From: a virus
Taxonomy: Duplodnaviria; Caudoviricetes
Reading direction: 5' to 3' (one strand)
Length of the DNA: 41,958 nt
Virus record (IMG/VR): IMGVR_UViG_3300042741_000094
Location: 1-41,958 of that record
Shown: positions 35,582 through 41,958 of the stretch, piece after piece
Numbering within the stretch: the stretch's first letter is position 1
Layout: every line of letters starts with the position of its first letter
The notes under the pieces: generated by a model
Databases searched by the model: none
What the model saw: the letters and a program-made list of their open reading frames with translations, nothing else
Told to the model about the DNA's origin: nothing
Translations under genes and position numbers: made by a program

Positions 35582-35854
35582 ATGAACGAACGAATATTAG
35601 AAATACTTGAAAACCTCCTGAAACACGAAATAAGCAAGAGTGAAGCAGAAAGCCAGCTATTGCATTTATATAGTGTTGTAGGTTGTAAGCCTGATGCAAA
35701 GGCTGCCTTGAATGCAAGTGTAAGTGCGATTTACTTCTCGGATAGTAGTGATTACAGAAGCTATCATTACAAGGTAATTCGCAGCCTTACTGGATTAGAA
35801 GAAGTAACTGAGATAAACATCAATAAGTTGTTTAATGAGCTGAACCCTGAATAG
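35582..35854 (+). CDS. Hypothetical protein (cassette 3, start inside the attC-like loop)
   Basis: 90 aa; reads through the GTT at 35675 (LLHLYSVVGC). Confidence 0.75.
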   Translation: MNERILEILENLLKHEISKSEAESQLLHLYSVVGCKPDAKAALNASVSAIYFSDSSDYRSYHYKVIRSLTGLEEVTEININKLFNELNPE

Positions 35855-35927
35855 GCTTATTACCTACAACTTCGATATATGCGAAGTTCACGGGATTTCA
35901 GGATAATAATTATTAAAAAAACGAACA

Positions 35928-36221
35928 TCACTCACTAAGCAAATCCACGCAGTAGTCCTTTGCTGTTTGATCCATAAAGGGTAGTTCAGAGGCTTGTATT
36001 TTGGATTTTAACGGCTCAGTAAGGCCGAGAATATAAAGAACCAACAAGTCTTTAATTTCAATACTCAGCATTCCTATGTTAGATCGGCTTTCAAAATCAG
36101 TATATCCGACTGAGATGAAATAATCAATCAACAATTGAGTAGATTGCATTATCTTCATTGACCTTGCGTTTACTTTGCCTTGAAACAAAGCTGTTCTTTC
36201 ATCTGAAAACTGTACTTGCAT
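35928..36221 (-). CDS. Hypothetical protein, possible tail-fibre chaperone
   Basis: Starts 1 nt after the fibre gene stop; position-based. Confidence 0.55.
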   Translation of the reverse strand: MQVQFSDERTALFQGKVNARSMKIMQSTQLLIDYFISVGYTDFESRSNIGMLSIEIKDLLVLYILGLTEPLKSKIQASELPFMDQTAKDYCVDLLSE

Positions 36222-36222
36222 T

Positions 36223-37017
36223 TTAAATTACGTTTGGTTTATATTCGACGTTATTCAGGTAAACATCAAAAGTTGCCGATGCCGCTGTTGTTGTGATTGA
36301 TAGCCTCATTGTAAATTTTTTATTCACACCCCAATAAGCATTTGCCGGCACATCAACAACAAATGTTTCAAAGGTGTTTAGAGCTGTCGGATTAACGCTA
36401 ATATTTGATCCTATTTGAGCCCCTGTATTGTCCAAAAACTGCAGAACAAATGTAGTTGCTGTGGCTGACCTTCTCGTTTCAATTGAAACAGCTCCTGTCG
36501 GCCACGATCCAAAATCAGAGCCAAGTGTTGAATTCCATCGTGCCGTGGCTGTTTTAGACGATCCTCCTGATCCGGTTGTCCATCTGTAAATCGTAAATCC
36601 ATTAACTTGCGGTAAACTCCAACTTCCTGACGACGGCTGATCACCAATAACAGAAGCCATGTATATCAATATGCGAGGCCTCGCATTCGCGTTAATTATC
36701 GCTTGAAGGCTTGCTAGTGTTTCATCGCCTGTATTCGTTCCTGAACTACTACCTGAGAAAGTACCGTTTTGAGTTGCTAATGTACCTAATCCTAAATTGC
36801 TTCGCGCTGTGCCTGTGCTTGTTACATCGGATAGATTATTACTCGCTTGAAGGAATCCCGATGTGACAACTGGAGCGCCTGTTGATTCAACAATATAAGC
36901 CGTGCCATTCCATTTGTAAAGTTCTCCGGTTGACCTCAATTGGTACTTGGTAAATTCATTGCCAACATCAGGAATTTCGTCAACGATAAATGTAATTATC
37001 TCGCCAAAAGCACTCAT
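36223..37017 (-). CDS. Putative tail fibre / receptor-binding protein
   Basis: NNLSDV...ARSNLGLGTLATQ fibre motif; Ser/Thr/Gly-rich beta-sandwich C-terminus. Confidence 0.7.
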   Translation of the reverse strand: MSAFGEIITFIVDEIPDVGNEFTKYQLRSTGELYKWNGTAYIVESTGAPVVTSGFLQASNNLSDVTSTGTARSNLGLGTLATQNGTFSGSSSGTNTGDETLASLQAIINANARPRILIYMASVIGDQPSSGSWSLPQVNGFTIYRWTTGSGGSSKTATARWNSTLGSDFGSWPTGAVSIETRRSATATTFVLQFLDNTGAQIGSNISVNPTALNTFETFVVDVPANAYWGVNKKFTMRLSITTTAASATFDVYLNNVEYKPNVI

Positions 37018-37019
37018 AA

Positions 37020-40000
37020 TTAATAGATAGTTCGTTGGTTTGTTTCTTTATCTCCGTATATCAGCACGCAAGATGCCAATGATCCTCCTGTGTGGTAATC
37101 CGGTTTTTCCGTCCTCAAATGAGCCACCCTTTGATTCCTGTACTGCTCATGCTGCTTATTGATGCAGCTAACATAGGTATCTGTTTCGCTCAGTCCAAAC
37201 AGATCAATCAAACGCTTTGTAAACCACAATTGTACGGGATCGGTTTTCAATTCGTATTCATTCACGTTTTCTCGCTTTGTCGGGGCAACAATTCGGGTGT
37301 TCAACGTCGTGTTGATAACCTCTGTTTTCGGATCGCGTTTACCGAAAAACCCCGGTACATTCAAGCAGTCAATTACTGCTGAATTACGGAAATTGATCCC
37401 TTCAATAAATTGGTTGTTATTGAACGTTGACCGCAAACGCACTAATCCGAATGCTGCCGAATCTGAATAATGAGTTAGGTTATATTTGCCCCAAATCGTT
37501 TCAATTGGATCAGCACCGAATGGCGGGGTATATTTAGCGACAAGCGTGTAAACTCCTGCCCCGTCACCCGAAAGCACTTGTACCCACGGAATCGAGGCAT
37601 AAACAGCCGTGCTTTGTTCAGGAAAGGTAATGTTTGTTGGCTGATATGCGGCTAATTGGCAATTTGATTTGTATAATTCAAATTGAATAGTATCGCCACC
37701 AATAAGTGGCCACCATGCCGTCGTTATGTTGTTCTTATCGGTGTCATCAGAGGTTAAGTCTGCAAAAACCTTCATAATATCACAGCATTTATCCTCATCA
37801 ATCGTGAATCCGAATTGCGGATAAGGCAGAACGGTTGTTTGAAAACTTAAACGCACTTGCTCAACGACAATAACGTTATTAATGAAATGTTTAAGGTAGA
37901 TTGTTTGCGATCCTGATTGCAACTTAGTGCAGTCAATCAGTGATTCATAGGTGATTTGGGAAGGCGTGTCAACCGTTGAATACAGCCGCGTTTCACCTGT
38001 AACTGGATATATCGGGCTTGACGGGTTGTTATCGTGATCGTAATTGGTTGATAGCATAAATAAAGGGCTTGATTGATATGGTTCAATTGCCATTTGACCC
38101 CAATAAAAGCCCGGAGCGTACACAATTGCTGGTCCCGCAGTAACCACCACTTTAACACGCATTATCTCACCTTTTATCAAGCCAGTTACCTGCTGCCCTG
38201 TTGATTCAATGTAATATTCAATTGCTGCCGATCCTTGCCACTGGTCTAATCCGGCACGCACCTCGTTGAAATCGTAAAGATCGCCAATTTTAAAGAAATA
38301 TTCGTAGTTGACCGTTTCTGCCTCTAAGAATGTTCTGAGATAAATACCGTAACCATTTGAAAAATAATTCAGCCAGTTCTTTTTTTGGTTAGGATAAAAC
38401 AGGTTCGGTGCATTGGGTTCAGTTAGCCATTGCCGCCAATTGAATTGAACCGGATAATACAGATCGACACCAAATTGGTTAACCTGATCAGGATTAGCCC
38501 CTAATCTCGTAACACGAATGTCATTCATCCCGCTTGTGGTGGGTAATCCGTCGTTCTTAGGCTGGCTAACGTTGATTTGAGTTATTCCGGAACTGTCAAT
38601 ATATGGCTGATCAGTTAGGCTGATCGTTCTATTTTCCAATACGAAATAGTTCGAATTATCGACAATTTCAGCCGCCACAACTTCAAATGTGATCTGATTG
38701 TAACGTCTGTTTTTAAGTAACAACAACTCCGCTTTCAGTAGTGCATTATCTTGTGATGAAAAGAACCCGCCTTGACCTGCATTTGTGCCATCCTGAATCA
38801 ACGTAGGATCGTCAGCTATCCAATTAGCCCATTCAGGAATAGCTTGTACCGTGTCGAGTGAAACGGTTGCGTTTGGCGTTTTTTCGAGTTGGCCGGAAAA
38901 TAACAATTGATTTACATTTCCTGACTGTGACCAAATTTTAAAGTAACGATCATCATCAGCACGTCCGGCCATGAATATTTCAAAGTCAGGATTGGGAACA
39001 AAATCGAAATCAACGGTGTAAACGCCTAACGCGTAAACAACTGAATTGATAATAATGTCATAACCCGCCCCGTTATTATTCTGAATGCTTGTGTATGTGT
39101 TGGGAATAATTACCCCGCCAATTTCCCAAGCAAGGTTTAGTATTCCGTGAACTGCCTGAGAAAAATAGTTTTGATAAAAATACGTTTGATCGTTCGATGT
39201 GTAAACAGACCCTAATGCTAATTCGCTGCTTGTGCTTTGTATTTGAACGACATGATTTGTTGTGCTATCGTAATAGATCGACCCTTCCGATATGCCTTGT
39301 ATAACCTCGCTATCAGGCTGTTGATTTAAGAACGCTTGACCAAACCAACCACTATAAGACGGGTTAAAATTCCATTGATAAACGGTTGGATTAAGTGTTA
39401 CTCCTTGCTTGCTGTACCATTCAACATCAAAGTAGAAATTCAAAGGACGCTCATCATTATGGAAGCAAGTGGGGTTAATCGTTTCAATTACAATTGAATA
39501 TTGACGGGTATTATTGAAATCAGCGTTTCGGCTCATTAAAACGTTAAAGAAATCAAACATTCCGCTTTTCTTTCCGATCTGTGTCAATGTAATTGATCCA
39601 CCAACCCCCACACCTGTTGCGTCGCCTCCGAATCGGGTAAATGATCCGTCAATGGTTGAGGCTCTATATGCTCCGGTAGCTGCTGTGAATTGTCCTTGTG
39701 TTTTTGAGGCGTTGTAATCGTAAAGATTTGAAAGATTTATATCCGTGAAATTCACGTTTAAAATAAGTTCAGCCCTCAAGTCTGTTTGCCTTATTAACAC
39801 CCTGTCTGATCCGCTGTAATATGTCTTAATAAATGAAGGTGACAACGTGGCGATAGATGCTACTTTTACAGTGAACAGGTTGTAATTTATCGCGGTAATC
39901 GTTGTTGTTTGCGTGTCTGTAGTGCCGCCTGATAGCGTTACTTCGATAAAAATATTTCCGTTTAAAGCGAATCCATTCAATGATTCGTAGTCGAAAAACT

Positions 40001-40184
40001 GAAAAGTCAAACTGTTTTTATCAAAGAAAACGGGTTTTAAATCGCTCGAAGCAATGGATATATCCTCTTCTATATCAAACGACAAACGGACAATGCTACC
40101 CGCGTTGCCCGTCGGAATATCTGTTACCGCATTACCGTAAACATCATTACATACCAGTGTTCCGGGCTTGATTAAAATTGGCAT
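37020..40184 (-). CDS. Large virion structural (tail tip/baseplate) protein
   Basis: 1054 aa, beta-rich with N/Y/F bias, downstream of the tape measure region. Confidence 0.65.
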   Translation of the reverse strand: MPILIKPGTLVCNDVYGNAVTDIPTGNAGSIVRLSFDIEEDISIASSDLKPVFFDKNSLTFQFFDYESLNGFALNGNIFIEVTLSGGTTDTQTTTITAINYNLFTVKVASIATLSPSFIKTYYSGSDRVLIRQTDLRAELILNVNFTDINLSNLYDYNASKTQGQFTAATGAYRASTIDGSFTRFGGDATGVGVGGSITLTQIGKKSGMFDFFNVLMSRNADFNNTRQYSIVIETINPTCFHNDERPLNFYFDVEWYSKQGVTLNPTVYQWNFNPSYSGWFGQAFLNQQPDSEVIQGISEGSIYYDSTTNHVVQIQSTSSELALGSVYTSNDQTYFYQNYFSQAVHGILNLAWEIGGVIIPNTYTSIQNNNGAGYDIIINSVVYALGVYTVDFDFVPNPDFEIFMAGRADDDRYFKIWSQSGNVNQLLFSGQLEKTPNATVSLDTVQAIPEWANWIADDPTLIQDGTNAGQGGFFSSQDNALLKAELLLLKNRRYNQITFEVVAAEIVDNSNYFVLENRTISLTDQPYIDSSGITQINVSQPKNDGLPTTSGMNDIRVTRLGANPDQVNQFGVDLYYPVQFNWRQWLTEPNAPNLFYPNQKKNWLNYFSNGYGIYLRTFLEAETVNYEYFFKIGDLYDFNEVRAGLDQWQGSAAIEYYIESTGQQVTGLIKGEIMRVKVVVTAGPAIVYAPGFYWGQMAIEPYQSSPLFMLSTNYDHDNNPSSPIYPVTGETRLYSTVDTPSQITYESLIDCTKLQSGSQTIYLKHFINNVIVVEQVRLSFQTTVLPYPQFGFTIDEDKCCDIMKVFADLTSDDTDKNNITTAWWPLIGGDTIQFELYKSNCQLAAYQPTNITFPEQSTAVYASIPWVQVLSGDGAGVYTLVAKYTPPFGADPIETIWGKYNLTHYSDSAAFGLVRLRSTFNNNQFIEGINFRNSAVIDCLNVPGFFGKRDPKTEVINTTLNTRIVAPTKRENVNEYELKTDPVQLWFTKRLIDLFGLSETDTYVSCINKQHEQYRNQRVAHLRTEKPDYHTGGSLASCVLIYGDKETNQRTIY

Positions 40185-40371
40185 ATTCTTGTATGTTTTT
40201 TTTCAATTCATTCATTGGTTCGTTCGCCATCTTCATTAGGCGTTGAACGCTTTCTGTCTCTTCGGGGTTGTCTTGGATCATTTTGTTTAATCCATGATTT
40301 AGCGTTGCAGATGCTTTATCTATTTCAGACATCATATTACTTAAATCAGGCATTTTCATGATTTCACACAA
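40147..40371 (-). CDS. Hypothetical protein
   Basis: Small helical Met-rich ORF within the tail operon. Confidence 0.6.
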   Translation of the reverse strand: MCEIMKMPDLSNMMSEIDKASATLNHGLNKMIQDNPEETESVQRLMKMANEPMNELKKNIQEYANFNQARNTGM

Positions 40372-40374
40372 TGT

Positions 40375-41958
40375 TTAATTTATAACAAAGGTATCAATTT
40401 TGCCGAATGTCCAATCAAATGGCTCATTGTAATTCACAATCGCAAGGCTATCGTCTTCCTGATAAATCATTGACAGAACCGGGCAATTTTTGCCGTCAAT
40501 AGTTAAATGTCTTGTCTGAACTGTTTGCTCGTATTCAGCCAGCGTCATAGGAATAGGCACGTTTTCACGAACTTTCGCGGCCTGATTTAAAATGTTTTCG
40601 ATTGAATAATAATTGACTCTTAATGCGGTTGCGGAAATCTTACTCAGGTAGTTATCCGTCTGTTTGTATGTGTTGGTTTCGCAATATAAAACCTTTGGTT
40701 TTGCAAAGAATTGTTGGCTAATTTGTAGTGCGCCAATATGATTTTGAAGCCCTTGCGAAACATTCGTTAAAAATCCAGCGTCAATAGCCTCTAGTACTAA
40801 TAAGGCGTTTCTTTGAATTTCCGTTAGTTGCTCTTTGCGTGTGCCCAATGCGAACGGTACTTCAATCTTTTGCAGTCCTTTTGATAGGTCAAGACTTGGA
40901 TCGGATGCGAAATTCAGCTTAGTACCTACCTCGGTATCGTTCGGGTTGTTATTGTCCAAGGTATTAATGTCAGATTCATCCGTTTGATATTGGATATACT
41001 GCCTCTTATTAAGCTTCTCAGTGTTATAAGTGTATTCGTCTTCACGGGTAGATTGATTGGCAAGCCCAGGCGTTACCGTTACGCCTGACACGTTATCGAA
41101 GTAATCCCGCCTTTCTGTTCTCACAACCCCGTCAATTACCGTTGTTTTCCCGTTGATCATCATTTCAAACGCCCGTAAAAACACCCCTAAAAAGGCCATG
41201 TTGCCATCGTAATCTGTCGGATAACCCTTGGTGTAAAATTGGCCTTTCAACTCATTTTGAAGGTTCTGAAATATGCTTTTAGCTTCCTTTTGAACAGGTG
41301 TGCCTAAAAAAACCAATCCCGGCAGCGCATCCAATGTATCTGATTCAAATGTAAATCCGATAGCGCTACAAGCTGTTGAGATCAGGTCTTTAAATCTGAT
41401 CCCGTTGAAATATCTAAGCCTTGGAAATAGCAATTCAATTAGCTTGTTTGCAAGTAATAGGAATGCAAGTATCAAAGCCGCTGTGAATGCGATTTGAGCC
41501 GCCAATATAATACCCGCTGCAATAGCGTGTGACGGGCTTATATCCAATGCTGCGACAAATGCTGCGCTTACTTCTGCCAACGCTTTAACCTGCCTTACAA
41601 TTTCAACGCTAACATTAAATAACATAATGGATAAATTCAGCACATAGATTCCCGCATTTGGATCGTGTATTTCATAAGGTATTTTAACGACCGGAAAATT
41701 AACGCCATTGTCGGCCAAACGTGAAAACGAGGTGGCATCAGCAATATCAAAGAAATGATCCCGTCCTTTATATCGCTTGATCTTTACCCTACATTCGGAT
41801 TCGGCAAAAAGCGGCCTATCCAGTAGGTCAATGTAATAAGGTAACGACGTGTTACCACTTATCACATTCACTTTTATCCCGTACGCAGGGCTGAAATTAG
41901 CTATGTGCTGCATGATGTATTCACGCCCTTCATTACGTACAATCAATTCAGTTACGTC
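40375..41958 (-). CDS. Tail hub-like protein with hydrophobic segment (true start at 259 across the origin)
   Basis: First gene after the tape measure on the circle; hydrophobic run AIAAGIILAAQIAFTAALILAFLLLA. Confidence 0.65.
   Translation of the reverse strand, partial: DVTELIVRNEGREYIMQHIANFSPAYGIKVNVISGNTSLPYYIDLLDRPLFAESECRVKIKRYKGRDHFFDIADATSFSRLADNGVNFPVVKIPYEIHDPNAGIYVLNLSIMLFNVSVEIVRQVKALAEVSAAFVAALDISPSHAIAAGIILAAQIAFTAALILAFLLLANKLIELLFPRLRYFNGIRFKDLISTACSAIGFTFESDTLDALPGLVFLGTPVQKEAKSIFQNLQNELKGQFYTKGYPTDYDGNMAFLGVFLRAFEMMINGKTTVIDGVVRTERRDYFDNVSGVTVTPGLANQSTREDEYTYNTEKLNKRQYIQYQTDESDINTLDNNNPNDTEVGTKLNFASDPSLDLSKGLQKIEVPFALGTRKEQLTEIQRNALLVLEAIDAGFLTNVSQGLQNHIGALQISQQFFAKPKVLYCETNTYKQTDNYLSKISATALRVNYYSIENILNQAAKVRENVPIPMTLAEYEQTVQTRHLTIDGKNCPVLSMIYQEDDSLAIVNYNEPFDWTFGKIDTFVIN
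41832..41958. repeat. Terminal direct repeat, right copy
   Basis: Identical to 1-127. Confidence 0.95.

Larger units (their letters stand above)
34663..35927 (+). mobile_element. Integron-like cassette array 2 (3 cassettes, no integrase)
   Basis: AAC..GTT hairpin sites at 34674-34796, 35161-35294 and 35555-35677; gene bodies with complementary ends; conserved terminus 35868-35927. Confidence 0.72.

Noticed and set aside
34663-35927. Cassette arrays as CRISPR arrays or simple terminators
   Set aside because: There are no identical direct repeats with uniform spacers; the arms differ per module, lack T tails and enclose or overlap ORFs.
36223-40184. Diversity-generating retroelement targeting tail genes
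   Set aside because: No reverse transcriptase and no TR/VR repeat pair noticed.
41832-41958. 127-bp end repeat as a biological terminal repeat
   Set aside because: It falls mid-gene and equals a common assembler k-mer length, so it is best explained as a circular-assembly overlap.

Overview
This window is a complete, circularly assembled ~41.8-kb tailed-phage genome: bases 1-127 repeat exactly at 41832-41958, and one tail gene spans that junction. The host is very likely a Bacteroidota, inferred from many TAnnTTTG -7 promoter boxes, AT-rich SD-less leaders and a DUF4494-like gene. It encodes an HK97-type head (portal, protease, capsid), a siphovirus-like tail with tape measure, terminase small and large subunits, a RecT-like plus YqaJ-like recombination pair, a replication initiator, an HNH nuclease, a beta-class DNA methyltransferase and tRNA-Glu(TTC). 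An IS1595-family element with three passenger genes (17296-20276, 31-bp TIRs, 8-bp TSD) splits a phage gene. I could not recognise an integrase, repressor or endolysin. Most unusual: (1) two integrase-less, integron-like cassette arrays (20552-22334 minus, 34663-35927 plus). They alternate AAC...GTT attC-like hairpins with GTT...AAC gene bodies, several ORFs are fused across the GTT crossover point, and both arrays end in the same ~60-bp terminus. (2) A repeated ~95-nt promoter-proximal RNA with a covarying 8-bp kissing-loop pairing (12371-12466, 25568-25665, and a looser analogue at ~22490-22592). (3) A six-promoter regulon sharing an upstream box at fixed spacing. All family calls come from motif recognition by eye, not from database searches.
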